Below, piece by piece: positions 10,744 through 19,857 of a DNA stretch of 64,000 nucleotides. Origin of the DNA: Pseudomonadota bacterium. Lineage in GTDB: Bacteria; Pseudomonadota; Alphaproteobacteria; Sphingomonadales; Sphingomonadaceae. A program made the position numbers and the translations under genes. Within the stretch, counting starts at the first letter, position 1; each line of letters begins with the position of its first letter. The stretch spans positions 40,120 through 104,119 of the forward strand of contig JAEWEY010000006.1 in NCBI GenBank assembly GCA_023389105.1, given 5' to 3'. Under the pieces are notes generated by a model. It worked only from the letters and a program-made list of their open reading frames with translations. It did not search any database and was not told where the DNA came from.

Positions 10744-12237
10744 TCAGGCGGCGCGATAGCCGCCGGGCCGACGCGACCGGCCGTGGAACTTGCGCTTCGG
10801 CTGACCGCCTTGCGGGCGCGCGGGACCGCGAGCGTCGCTGGAACGGGCTGCACGCGGATCGGCGTCAGCTTCGCGAAACACTTCCGGACGATAGGAGGTT
10901 CGTGTCGCATCGCCGCGATGGTCGTCGCGCCGCTGGCCGTTGCGGTCCTGGGGGCCGCCGCGCTGCGGATGACGCTGACCACCGCCGTTGCGGCTCTTGC
11001 GCTGCTGGCCGTCAAGGCGACGGTCCGCCTTGGTCGAGGGACGCTGCCCGCCAGCAGGCTTGGGCTCGACCGGCGCCTTGAGCCGCTTGAACGCTTCGGC
11101 GCTGGCGTTGAAGTCCTGCGGCAGCGGCATGACCGGAATGCGCTGACGCGTCGTGCGCTCAATGTCGCGCAGGTTGCCGCGCTCGTCGGGCGCGCAGAAG
11201 GCGATGGCGATGCCGTCGGCCCCGGCGCGTGCGGTGCGGCCGATACGGTGGACATACTGCTCCGGAACGTCGGGCAGGTCGAAGTTCACGACGTGGCTGA
11301 CACCCGGAATGTCGATGCCGCGCGCGGCAATGTCCGTCGCGATCAGCACCTGAGTTTCGCCCGAGCGGAACGCGGCAATGGCGCGCTCGCGCTGCGCCTG
11401 GCTCTTGTTGCCGTGGATGGCGACGGCCGGGATCTTCGCAGCGCCAAGCTGCTTCACGATCTTGTCGGCGCCATGCTTGGTACGGCTAAACGCCAAGACG
11501 CGTTCGATCGGGTTGTTCTGGAGGTAGAGCGCGAGGAGAGCCGCCTTTTCGGGCTGGTTCACCATCGTGACGCTCTGGTCGATCCGCTCTACCGTGGTCG
11601 CGGCGGGCGTCACCGAGACTTCGGCCGGGTTGCTGAGATATTTGTCGGCCAGTTCCTTGATCGCGCGCGGCATGGTGGCCGAGAAGAACAGGGTCTGGCG
11701 CTTGGGCGGGACGAGCGCGACGATGCGCTTCAACGCGTGGATGAAGCCGAGGTCGAGCATCTGGTCCGCCTCGTCGAGCACGAGGATCTCGAGTTCGCGA
11801 AGGCTCAGCGCGCGCTGATCGATCAGGTCGAGCAGGCGGCCCGGGGTGGCGACGAGAACGTCGAGGCCGCGGGCGACGGTGCGCACGCTCTTGCCGTTGG
11901 GGACGCCGCCGAAGATGACGCCGACCGATAGGCGCATGTACTTGCCATAGGCTTCGGCGCTGGCCGCGATCTGCGAGGCGAGCTCGCGGGTCGGGGCGAG
12001 GACGAGCATGCGGATCTGGCCAGGCTTCGGGATCTGACGGTTTGCCGCCAGCCGGTCCAGCGAGGGCAGCATGAAGGCCGCGGTCTTGCCGGTGCCGGTC
12101 TGGGCGATGCCCAACAAGTCGCGGCCAGTGAGGACCGTCGGAATGGCCTGGAGCTGGATGGGCGTCGCCTTGGTATAATCCTTGGCGGCGAGCGCATCGA
12201 GCAGGGGCTTTGAGAGCCCGAGGGAATGAAACGACAT
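10744..12237 (-). CDS. rhlE: DEAD-box ATP-dependent RNA helicase (RhlE-like) with an Arg-rich C-terminal tail
   Basis: Start at MSFHSLGLSKPLLDAL (Q-motif region). Motifs AQTGTGKT, DEAD, SAT and HRIGRTARAG. Confidence 0.9.
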   Translation of the reverse strand: MSFHSLGLSKPLLDALAAKDYTKATPIQLQAIPTVLTGRDLLGIAQTGTGKTAAFMLPSLDRLAANRQIPKPGQIRMLVLAPTRELASQIAASAEAYGKYMRLSVGVIFGGVPNGKSVRTVARGLDVLVATPGRLLDLIDQRALSLRELEILVLDEADQMLDLGFIHALKRIVALVPPKRQTLFFSATMPRAIKELADKYLSNPAEVSVTPAATTVERIDQSVTMVNQPEKAALLALYLQNNPIERVLAFSRTKHGADKIVKQLGAAKIPAVAIHGNKSQAQRERAIAAFRSGETQVLIATDIAARGIDIPGVSHVVNFDLPDVPEQYVHRIGRTARAGADGIAIAFCAPDERGNLRDIERTTRQRIPVMPLPQDFNASAEAFKRLKAPVEPKPAGGQRPSTKADRRLDGQQRKSRNGGGQRHPQRGGPQDRNGQRRDDHRGDATRTSYRPEVFREADADPRAARSSDARGPARPQGGQPKRKFHGRSRRPGGYRAA

Positions 12238-12428
12238 TGAAAAACTTCCACAAATAGAGCCGTCGGGCGCGCCATGACGGCGCTCGGCGGGCGGGAAACA
12301 AGAACCCCGCGTGATGTGGAGAACTTCAGGAAATGAGGCGCGGGCCGGATGCTTCTGCACCGATCACGCCGCTTGTTCAGCGCCTCGTGTTGCAGTGCAA
12401 TATAGCGGTAAGCCGCGAAAAGTCCAGA

Positions 12429-13484
12429 TCAGGCCGGATGGACGATGCCAGGCTCGACGTGGAGGCGGGTCGCGGCGCCGATGCCCTCGAACAACGCGGC
12501 CTCGGTGGCGGTCATCCAGACCTGGCCGCGGCCGGCTAAGCGGGCGAAGAGTGCAGCGCGGCGCTTGGGATCGAGGTGGGCGGCGACCTCGTCGAGGAGC
12601 ACGATGGGCGGCGCGCCGCGGCGGGCTGCGACCAGGCCGGCATGAGCGAGGACGAGGCCGAGCAGCAGCGCCTTCTGCTCGCCGGTGGAGGATTGCGCCG
12701 CCGGCATGCGCTTGGCGCGGTGGAGGACGGCCAGATCCTGGCGATGCGGTCCTTCGATCGCGCGGCCGGCGGCAGCGTCGCGTGAGCGGTTCGCGCGGAG
12801 AGTCGCGGTGAGGGCTGCCGGCTCCCAGCCTTCGAGCGTGATTGCGGCGCGGGCGAATTCGTCTTCGGGTGCTTCGGCGATGGCAGCGTCGAGGGCGGAG
12901 ACGGCGCGAGCGCGCGCTTCGGCAACCGCTGCCCCATGCTCGGCCATCGCCAATTCCAGCGAGGCCAGCCAGCTTTCGTCCCACTGCGCGTCGGCGAGCA
13001 GCTTGTTGCGGGCGCGCATGGCGGCTTCGTAGCGGGAGGCGTGGTGCGCGTGGCCGGGCTCCAGCGCAAGGACAAGGCGGTCGAGGAAACGCCGGCGATC
13101 CCCCGCACTGCCGGTGAAGAGCCGGTCCATCGCGGGGGTTAGCCAGAGGACGGATAGCCACTCACCAAGCGCGTTGACGGACGCGGCAGCGCCGTTGATG
13201 CGGACCTGGCGGCGCTCGGGCGCCGTGGACTGTGTGCCGGTACCGAGATCACTCTCGACTAGCCGTGCCGCCACACCCCAGCCGCCGCTGCCGCCCTGCC
13301 GCGCCATTTCCGAAATGGGCACACCGCGAAGGCCGCGCCCTGGCGCCAGCATCGAGACAGCTTCGAGCAGGTTGGTCTTCCCCGCTCCATTTTCGCCGAA
13401 GAGGAGCACGAACCCATCGCGCGCTTCGACAGTCGCGGCGGCATAGGAGCGGAAGTCGGTGAGTGTTAGGCGGCTGACCGGCAC
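12429..13484 (-). CDS. recF: DNA replication/repair protein RecF
   Basis: LTLTDFRSY, Walker [14 protein letters not shown], and the signature [10 protein letters not shown] with [10 protein letters not shown]. Confidence 0.95.
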   Translation of the reverse strand: MPVSRLTLTDFRSYAAATVEARDGFVLLFGENGAGKTNLLEAVSMLAPGRGLRGVPISEMARQGGSGGWGVAARLVESDLGTGTQSTAPERRQVRINGAAASVNALGEWLSVLWLTPAMDRLFTGSAGDRRRFLDRLVLALEPGHAHHASRYEAAMRARNKLLADAQWDESWLASLELAMAEHGAAVAEARARAVSALDAAIAEAPEDEFARAAITLEGWEPAALTATLRANRSRDAAAGRAIEGPHRQDLAVLHRAKRMPAAQSSTGEQKALLLGLVLAHAGLVAARRGAPPIVLLDEVAAHLDPKRRAALFARLAGRGQVWMTATEAALFEGIGAATRLHVEPGIVHPA

Positions 13485-13500
13485 GCGGTCGGCTTAGCCG

Positions 13501-13818
13501 CTATTGGTCGCGGCGGTCGATGACTTCGTAATGCGCCGCGCGGTCGTCGAAGCTGTTGAGGACGGCGCGGGCTTCGGCCGGGACGTGGCTGCGCTCGTAG
13601 TCTTCGCCCATGAACGCCCGGACCGAGGCGAGATCGTCGAACCACATCATCGTCTGGAATTCGATCTCGCCATCGAGATCGCGGCGCATCAAGTCGATGT
13701 GACGCAATCCTGGGATCTTCCGCGCTTCAATGTCGGGAATGACCTGCGAGCGCACGATCCGCTCATAATCTTCGGCGTCCTCCGGAGCAGCCCAGCCGCG
13801 CCAGAGCCGACAGATCAT
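13501..13818 (-). CDS. antibiotic-biosynthesis-monooxygenase (ABM/Dabb)-like small protein
   Basis: Internal ATG (MICRLWRGWAAPEDAEDYERIV...) gives 105 aa, the size and pattern of ABM-domain proteins. Its start lies 1 nt after the dnaN stop. Confidence 0.6.
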   Translation of the reverse strand: MICRLWRGWAAPEDAEDYERIVRSQVIPDIEARKIPGLRHIDLMRRDLDGEIEFQTMMWFDDLASVRAFMGEDYERSHVPAEARAVLNSFDDRAAHYEVIDRRDQ

Positions 13819-13819
13819 G

Positions 13820-14923
13820 TCAGACCCGCATCGGCATGAGGACGTAGAGCGCGTTCGACTTGTCGTTTTCGCGCAGGAGCGTCGGGGCGGCGGCGTCGGC
13901 GAGGTGCACTTCGACCGTGTCGCCGTCGATCTCGCTGAGGATGTCGAGCAGGTAGCGGGCGTTAAAGCCGATCTCGAGGCCATCCGAACCGTAATCTGCA
14001 GGCACTTCTTCGGTTGCAACGCCGTTTTCGGGCGAGGTGACCGACAGCGTCACCTTGTCGCGGTCGACGGCCATCTTCACCGCGCGGGTCTTCTCGCTGG
14101 CAATGGTCGAGACGCGATCGACGCCTTGACTAAAGCTCTTGGGATCGAGCTTGAGCAGCTTGTCGTTCCCAGTTGGGATGACGCGATTGTAGTCGGGGAA
14201 CGTGCCGTCGATCAGCTTGCTGGTCAGGATCGCGCTGCCGAGCCCGAAGCGGACCTTCGTCGGCGACAGCGAGATCTCCACCGTGCCCTCGACTTCCTCA
14301 AGCAGGCGGTAAAGCTCGGCGACCGCTTTGCGGGGGATGATGACGTCGGGCATGCCGTCGGCGCCGTCCGGCTTCGGGATGGTGACGCGGGCGAGGCGGT
14401 GGCCGTCGGTCGCCGCGGCGCGCATCTGATCGTCCACCACGTGGATGAAGATGCCCATCAGATAATAACGGGTCTCTTCGCTGGAGATCGCGAAGCGGGT
14501 CTTCTCAATGACTTGGCGAAGCGTCGCGGCAGGCAGTTCAAAGCGGGTCGGCAGCTCGCCTTCGGCAATGACCGGAAAATCGTCGCGCGGCAGGGTCGAC
14601 AGATTGAAGCGCGAGCGGCCGGCGACGACCTGCATCTTGCCCTCGGCGGCGGTCAGCTCAACCTGGCTGCCTTCCGGAAGCTTGCGGACGATGTCGAAGA
14701 AGGTGTGCGCGGAGACGGTGGTCGCGCCGGGCTGGCTCACGTTGGCGGCAATGCTTTCGTCGACCTGCAGGTCGAGGTCGGTGGCCATCAGGCGGAGCGA
14801 GCCGTCGTCCTTCGCTTCCATCAGCACGTTGCTGAGGATCGGGATCGTGTTCCGGCGCTCCACGACCGATTGCACATGGCTCAGGCTCTTCAGGAGAGTT
14901 GCCCGCTCGATCGTCGCTTTCAT
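13820..14923 (-). CDS. dnaN: DNA polymerase III beta sliding clamp
   Basis: MKATIERATLLKSLSHVQSVVERRNTIPILSNVL...LMPMRV. The 367-aa product reads as a canonical DnaN from N to C terminus. Confidence 0.97.
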   Translation of the reverse strand: MKATIERATLLKSLSHVQSVVERRNTIPILSNVLMEAKDDGSLRLMATDLDLQVDESIAANVSQPGATTVSAHTFFDIVRKLPEGSQVELTAAEGKMQVVAGRSRFNLSTLPRDDFPVIAEGELPTRFELPAATLRQVIEKTRFAISSEETRYYLMGIFIHVVDDQMRAAATDGHRLARVTIPKPDGADGMPDVIIPRKAVAELYRLLEEVEGTVEISLSPTKVRFGLGSAILTSKLIDGTFPDYNRVIPTGNDKLLKLDPKSFSQGVDRVSTIASEKTRAVKMAVDRDKVTLSVTSPENGVATEEVPADYGSDGLEIGFNARYLLDILSEIDGDTVEVHLADAAAPTLLRENDKSNALYVLMPMRV

Positions 14924-15065
14924 GTCGTTTCAAGCCCCATCATCCGCCCATCATTGGGCACCGCGGACGCCACTATAGCGAGCCGTTTTGCGGGCGGAAG
15001 CGGAATGATGAGGGAAGCGGATGTAGCGGCACTGCAGCCGCCACATCGCAACATCTTGGGGTGGC

Positions 15066-15674
15066 TCAGCCCTTTTTCTGGCCGACCGCTGGCGCCTTGC
15101 TGGGTTTGGCGGGCATCAGCATGGCATCGACGTGATGAACGACGCCGTTGGTATACTGCTCGTCGCCTTGCGTGATCGTGGCCTTGTGACCCGCGGCGTC
15201 GGTTAGAACCGTCTTGCCGCCCTCTTTGGTCGCAGTGAGCGTGCCGCTCATGGTGGCGAGCACGGCCTTGCCCTTGCCGGCATCGATCGCCTTGTCGATG
15301 TCCGCGACCATCACGGTGCCGGGCAGGATCAGGTTGGTCAGCACGCCGGTCAGTTGCGCGCGATTTTCCGGCTTCGTGTCGAACGTACCGGCCGGAGCGC
15401 CGGTGAAAGCGGCGTCATCCGGAACGAAGACAGTGTAGGGACCCGGACCGGCGAGCGTCTGGTCGAGACCGGCAGCCTTTGCGGCGGCCATGAACTGACT
15501 GTTCGGCGGAATGCTGGCGCCGATGGTTTTGCCGCCGGCGGCCTTCTGCGCCTTGTCCGTCTGGGCTTCGGGGGCCTTGGCCGCGCCGTTGCCGTCGGTC
15601 TTGCTGCTGCAGGCGCCGAGCGCGAGCAGCGCGGCGGTGCCCATGGTTAGTGCGAGCGCGTGGCGCTTCATCAC
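15066..15674 (-). CDS. fasciclin (FAS1) domain lipoprotein
   Basis: Lipobox LALGAC. FAS1 pattern YTVFVPDDAAF...LTNLILPGTVM...GVVHHVDAMLMP. Confidence 0.85.
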   Translation of the reverse strand: MMKRHALALTMGTAALLALGACSSKTDGNGAAKAPEAQTDKAQKAAGGKTIGASIPPNSQFMAAAKAAGLDQTLAGPGPYTVFVPDDAAFTGAPAGTFDTKPENRAQLTGVLTNLILPGTVMVADIDKAIDAGKGKAVLATMSGTLTATKEGGKTVLTDAAGHKATITQGDEQYTNGVVHHVDAMLMPAKPSKAPAVGQKKG

Positions 15675-15694
15675 TTTCTCCTTATCGTTGCGAC

Positions 15695-15734
15695 AATGAA
15701 ATGGCCCGAGGCGAATTGGGTTCCGCCCCGGGCC
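15695..15734 (-). terminator. putative rho-independent terminator after the repeat-protein gene
   Basis: On the minus strand, GGCCCGGGGCG-N10-CGCCTCGGGCC forms an 11-bp stem with one mismatch, followed by ATTTCATT. Confidence 0.5.
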
Positions 15735-15750
15735 TTACGGTTGCTCGCGC

Positions 15751-17298
15751 CTAGGTCAGGAGCGAGGCGACGATTGCCGTGACGAGCTGCGTCGTCGGGT
15801 CGACCTGGTAAATGTAGCCGTTGTTGTAACGGTACCAGGCTTCCGGCGTGTCGTAGTAGGTCTGCCGGTAATCGTACGGCACGTTGTAGACGCCGTAGCC
15901 CGCAGGCAGCGGCTGACCCACCGCGAACCCCGGCGACAGCAGCGCCGCGACGGACGTGATCATGTCGTTGCGCTGGTCGTACTGGTAGATCGCCCCCGGC
16001 GAGTACCAGTAACCGTAGTCGGGCGTATCGTAGTACATCGTGCGATACTGAGTCGGCACGTTGTAGTAGCTGTAGGCCGACGGCAGCATCTGGCCGACGC
16101 CATAGCCACCCGCGTACATCGGGATCACATTCTCGACGTACCCGTCGTCGCAATCCACCTGATAGATGACGCCGTCATAGTAACGGTTACAGACGTCACC
16201 ATAGTCCTGGTAGAAGTTGTTGAACCCGTACGCCGCCGGCACATAGCTGCTCATGTACGACGTCGGCAGATAGGAACCCGGCAGATAGCCGCCCGCAAGC
16301 AGCGGGATCAGCGCCTGGATCAAATTGTCGCCGCGGTCGATCTGGTAGGCGTAGCCGTTACCGTACTGCCAGTAATAATCGTCGTTCGACGGATAGAGAT
16401 ACTGGAGCGAGGCCGGGAACGGGCTCAGCGCACCGAAGCTCGCAACCTGCTGTACCGGTACGCCAATGAAGCGTTCGACCACGGTCGGGGCAAAGAACTG
16501 CGTGTTCGACCCATAATTCCAGTCGGCGAACCGCGACGCATCCAGCTGCTGCTGATAGTTACGCTGCTGCTGCCGCGCCCAGTCAAGCTGCTGATTGTCG
16601 AAAGCATTGCCCGCAAACTTGTTGTTCGCGAACTGGCCCATCGCCATCGCCTGCTGGCGCTGAAGGCTCCGATTCGCATCGGCCTGCTGACGCTCCATCA
16701 TTCGTGCCTGCTGCTTGGCGAAACCGCCCTGCTGGCGTTCGACATTGCGGGCCTGCTGGCGCTCAAACCCCCGCTGGCGCTCCATCTGACGCGCCTGCTG
16801 ACGTTCGAAGCCACGCTGTTGCTGGCGCTCGATCTGACGCGCCTGTTGGCGCTCGAACCCACGCTGACGTTCCGCGCGCTGCATCTGCTGGCGCTGGAAG
16901 CCGCGCTGCTGCTGACGTTCCATCTGGCGTGCCTGCTGACGTTCGAAGCCACGTTGCTGCTGGCGCTCGACGCGCTGCTGCATCTGGGGCGCACGCATCT
17001 CCATGCGCGGTCCGCCGCCGCCACCGCCGCGGTCGAAGCGGGGACCACCGCCACCGCCGCCACCGCCACCGCGAGGCTGTTCGAAGCGCGGACCACCGCC
17101 GCCTCCGCCACCACCGCCACCGTGGCCATGACCGCCACCACCGCCGCCGCCCTGCTGGGCCGCCGCAGGCGGTCCACCGCCGCCGTTACCCTTGCCGTTG
17201 CCGCCGCCACCGCCGTGGCCGCCACCGGGCCCCGCGCTTGCCGGGGCAGCGATCGCCAGCGCGGCAACGCCGGCGGCGAGAAATACCCTGGTCAACAT
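15751..17298 (-). CDS. secreted Gly/Gln/Tyr-rich repeat protein with tandem RcnB-like C-terminal modules
   Basis: Start chosen at MLTRVFLAAGVAALAIAAPASA, with AAGGAG 8 nt upstream. After the signal peptide come poly-Gly/His tracts, about 6-7 copies of RGFERQQARQMERQQQ, and then 3.5 Tyr-rich repeats of about 59 aa ending YRYNNGYIYQVDPTTQLVTAIVASLL. Confidence 0.8.
   Translation of the reverse strand: MLTRVFLAAGVAALAIAAPASAGPGGGHGGGGGNGKGNGGGGPPAAAQQGGGGGGGHGHGGGGGGGGGGPRFEQPRGGGGGGGGGPRFDRGGGGGGPRMEMRAPQMQQRVERQQQRGFERQQARQMERQQQRGFQRQQMQRAERQRGFERQQARQIERQQQRGFERQQARQMERQRGFERQQARNVERQQGGFAKQQARMMERQQADANRSLQRQQAMAMGQFANNKFAGNAFDNQQLDWARQQQRNYQQQLDASRFADWNYGSNTQFFAPTVVERFIGVPVQQVASFGALSPFPASLQYLYPSNDDYYWQYGNGYAYQIDRGDNLIQALIPLLAGGYLPGSYLPTSYMSSYVPAAYGFNNFYQDYGDVCNRYYDGVIYQVDCDDGYVENVIPMYAGGYGVGQMLPSAYSYYNVPTQYRTMYYDTPDYGYWYSPGAIYQYDQRNDMITSVAALLSPGFAVGQPLPAGYGVYNVPYDYRQTYYDTPEAWYRYNNGYIYQVDPTTQLVTAIVASLLT
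16683..16990 (-). repeat. in-frame imperfect tandem repeat of about 45-48 nt (ERQQ-type units)
   Basis: Periodic units such as ctgctggcgctcga...ctgacg are visible in the DNA. They translate to repeated RGFERQQARQ(M/I)ERQQQ. Confidence 0.7.
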
Positions 17299-17371
17299 CG
17301 CAAAATCTCCTTTCGAACGAGAGAAACGGCTCGTCCGTGACACCGTTCCAACACCTCAGCGGCGGGAACTT

Positions 17372-17393
17372 TCAGCCTAGCGCACTAGGCTGA
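17372..17393. other. perfect hairpin TCAGCCTAG-CGCA-CTAGGCTGA
   Basis: 9-bp stem with a 4-nt loop, located between the MFS gene 3' end and the repeat-protein 5' region. No U-run follows on either strand. Confidence 0.4.
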
Positions 17394-17425
17394 ACCTAAA
17401 ATGTCGAAGATATTCAGATACTTGA

Positions 17426-18682
17426 CTACGCGGCGTCCTGTACCCACGCGGCCCGCAGCGGCTTGATCGCGAGAAGGGCGAGAAGCGCTGCCAGCAAGTA
17501 AAAGCTGCAGCAGACGACCGCCGCGTTGCGCAACGAATCGACCCCATAGGTCGATTTCAGCGCGTCGGAGAGCCCGCCGATCAGCAGCGGGCCCGCGCCG
17601 AGACCGATCAGATTGTTGATGAGCAGGAAGCTGGCAGAGGCGGTCGAGCGCATCGGCTGCGGCACAAGGTGCTGGACCGCGGTTGTGATGGGTCCGAGCC
17701 AAAGGATATTGAGGGCGTTGGGGATCAGCAGCAGAACCCAGGCGAACCAGAGATTCGGCGCGAAGAAGCCCGCGACGAAGGTTGGAGCGGTGATTAGCCA
17801 GGCGATGGCCGGCAGCTTGGCGTACCAGCCACGGTCACCAGTGCCGAGCCGATCGGCGAGCCAGCCGCCGGCAAACACGCCCGTGCAGCCGCCGATGATC
17901 ACCAGCGAGGCGAGGAAGTTGCCCGTCTGCACCAGGCTAAGGTCGAAGCTGCGCATGAGGACGGACGGAGTCCACAAGGCAAGGCCGTAGCCGCAGAGCG
18001 AGCTGGCCGAAGCGCCAAAGGCAAGCAGCCAGAAGGCCGGCTTGCGCGCGAGCATCGGGAACACACTGCCAAGCGGTGCGGTCGCAGCGCTCTTCGCGCG
18101 CGGAAGGTCACGCACTACCCAGCGCAACACGGGCGCCAGGATGATGCCGGCGACGCCCATGATGACGAACGCCGCGCGCCAGCCAAACCATTGCGCGAGA
18201 TGGGCGCCGATGAACGAGCCGCCGCCAAGGCCGATCGGCACCCCCAATGAAAAGACGGCGAGGGCGCGCGCCCGGCGCTCCGGTGGAAAGTAATCGGCAA
18301 CCAGTGCATAGGACGGGGCGACGCCGCCCGCCTCGCCGACGCCGACGCCGAGCCGGTAGAGGAACAGCTGCCCGAAAGACGTCGCCGTGCCGCACAAAGC
18401 GGTGAAGGCGCTCCACACGGCGAGTGCGCCGGCAACAACGCCGCTGCGGCTGGTCTTGTCGGCAAGGAAGGCAAGCGGAATGCCGAGCAGCGAATAAAGT
18501 AGCGCAAAAGCGAGACCGCCAATCGCACCGAACTCGGTATCGGTAAGATTGAGGTCCGCCTTGATCGACGACGCCAGGATGCCGAGGATCTGCCGGTCGA
18601 GAAAATTGAAGATGTAGGCGATGAGCAGGATGAACAGGACCAGGTTGGCACTGCGTGCCGGCCGCAACGACGTCTCGCTCAT
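17426..18682 (-). CDS. MFS transporter
   Basis: About 12 predicted TM segments. N-terminal MFS motif FNFLDRQILGILA...GLAFALLYSLLGIPLAFLADK. Its start overlaps the upstream stop by 4 nt. Confidence 0.85.
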   Translation of the reverse strand: MSETSLRPARSANLVLFILLIAYIFNFLDRQILGILASSIKADLNLTDTEFGAIGGLAFALLYSLLGIPLAFLADKTSRSGVVAGALAVWSAFTALCGTATSFGQLFLYRLGVGVGEAGGVAPSYALVADYFPPERRARALAVFSLGVPIGLGGGSFIGAHLAQWFGWRAAFVIMGVAGIILAPVLRWVVRDLPRAKSAATAPLGSVFPMLARKPAFWLLAFGASASSLCGYGLALWTPSVLMRSFDLSLVQTGNFLASLVIIGGCTGVFAGGWLADRLGTGDRGWYAKLPAIAWLITAPTFVAGFFAPNLWFAWVLLLIPNALNILWLGPITTAVQHLVPQPMRSTASASFLLINNLIGLGAGPLLIGGLSDALKSTYGVDSLRNAAVVCCSFYLLAALLALLAIKPLRAAWVQDAA

Positions 18683-19857
18683 TCCAATTCCCCCAGATGC
18701 TCGATCAGCCGGTCGACGTCGGCCTCATCCTGATAAATCCCGACGCCGATGCGCAATACGTCGCCGCGGACGTCGGTAATTACGTTGCGCGACTTCAGTT
18801 GCGCGTACCAGCGTTGCGCGTCCGCATGACGGAAGGCCAGGAAACGTGCGTGCGGACCTTGCGTGAGAGGATTCAACAGCTCGGCGTTCGCCAGAGGCGT
18901 CCCATCAAGGCGGCTCAGCAAATGCTGTTGCAATACCTCTGTGTAGGCCGAGATCTTCGCGGTCGTCAGGCCATTTTCTGCGAGCATTCGGCGGATCGAC
19001 GTGAAGCGATAGAGTGCGGACGGATCGAAGGTCGCGCCGAGGAAGCGGTCTGCGGTCTTGGCATAGCCGACTTGCCCGGGCGGAAGGCTGAGGTCCTCGA
19101 ATTCCGCGTACCAGCCAGTGATGCGTGGACGCTCGCCGAAGCCGGGCGGCGCATGCATGAATCCGCAGCCTTCGCCGGCCATTGCATATTTGTACCCGCC
19201 GCCGAGAAAGAAGGCTGATGGCGCCGCCTGGGGGCCCAGCGGCCGGTCGATGGCCATGAAGCTATGGTAACCATCGATGACCACCCACGGGCCGTCGGGC
19301 CTGCCGAGCCCGGCGAGTTCTTCGATCTCGTCGAAAATCAAGCCGCTGCCGAACATCACCTGACTGACGAAGATGATCTGGTGATCGCCGCTTTTGGCCG
19401 CTTCAAGAAAACGCTCGGAGAAGGTGTCGAACGGCTGCGTCGGGACACGGTCGAATTCGGCCGCGCCGGATTCCTCCCAGCGGGCGAACTGCCGGCGGGC
19501 GCTGTGGAATTCGCCGTCGCTGGTCAGGACCCGGATTGGCCAGCTTTCGGATACGGCGGCGAACAGGCGAACGAGGAGGTCGTGGGTGTTCGGCGCGAAG
19601 ACGATGGCGTCGGCCATGCCGGTGCCCAGTTCGGCAGCGACTTCGCGCTGGGCCTCGGGATAGACCTCGCCCATGACGCGGTCCCACTTGCGATCCGCGA
19701 GGCGGGTGGCGTCTTCCCACGCGGCGACCTGGCCATCGTAGCTGGCGTCGGGCCACAAATGATGACTGTGCGCGGTGAAGTGCAGCCGGCGGGGATCGGC
19801 ACCCAGGCTCCGGCTGAACAACGCTTTGAAACTCAAAGATCGGTCCTCAGCGACCAC
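18679..19857 (-). CDS. kynureninase-like class V aminotransferase-fold PLP enzyme
   Basis: PLP-lysine context GGGYKYAMAGEG, ITGW, and a C-terminal VITDVRGDVLRIGVGIY, all parallel to kynureninase motifs. It follows kynA directly. The start is either GTG 19857 or TTG 19836 (a TTGA overlap with the kynA stop). Confidence 0.7.
   Translation of the reverse strand: MVAEDRSLSFKALFSRSLGADPRRLHFTAHSHHLWPDASYDGQVAAWEDATRLADRKWDRVMGEVYPEAQREVAAELGTGMADAIVFAPNTHDLLVRLFAAVSESWPIRVLTSDGEFHSARRQFARWEESGAAEFDRVPTQPFDTFSERFLEAAKSGDHQIIFVSQVMFGSGLIFDEIEELAGLGRPDGPWVVIDGYHSFMAIDRPLGPQAAPSAFFLGGGYKYAMAGEGCGFMHAPPGFGERPRITGWYAEFEDLSLPPGQVGYAKTADRFLGATFDPSALYRFTSIRRMLAENGLTTAKISAYTEVLQQHLLSRLDGTPLANAELLNPLTQGPHARFLAFRHADAQRWYAQLKSRNVITDVRGDVLRIGVGIYQDEADVDRLIEHLGELE

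Noticed and set aside
12399-12426. Possible sigma-70-type promoter for rhlE (TGGACT-N16-TATATT on the minus strand), which would imply a 5' UTR of about 165 nt.
   Set aside because: This is only a hexamer-level match in GC-rich DNA that abuts the recF stop (3' end). It has no independent support.
16683-17232. Periodic GC-rich repeats that might suggest a CRISPR-like or satellite array.
   Set aside because: The repeats are in frame and translate to Gly tracts and ERQQ units of a signal-peptide protein. There are no unique spacers and no cas genes anywhere in the window.
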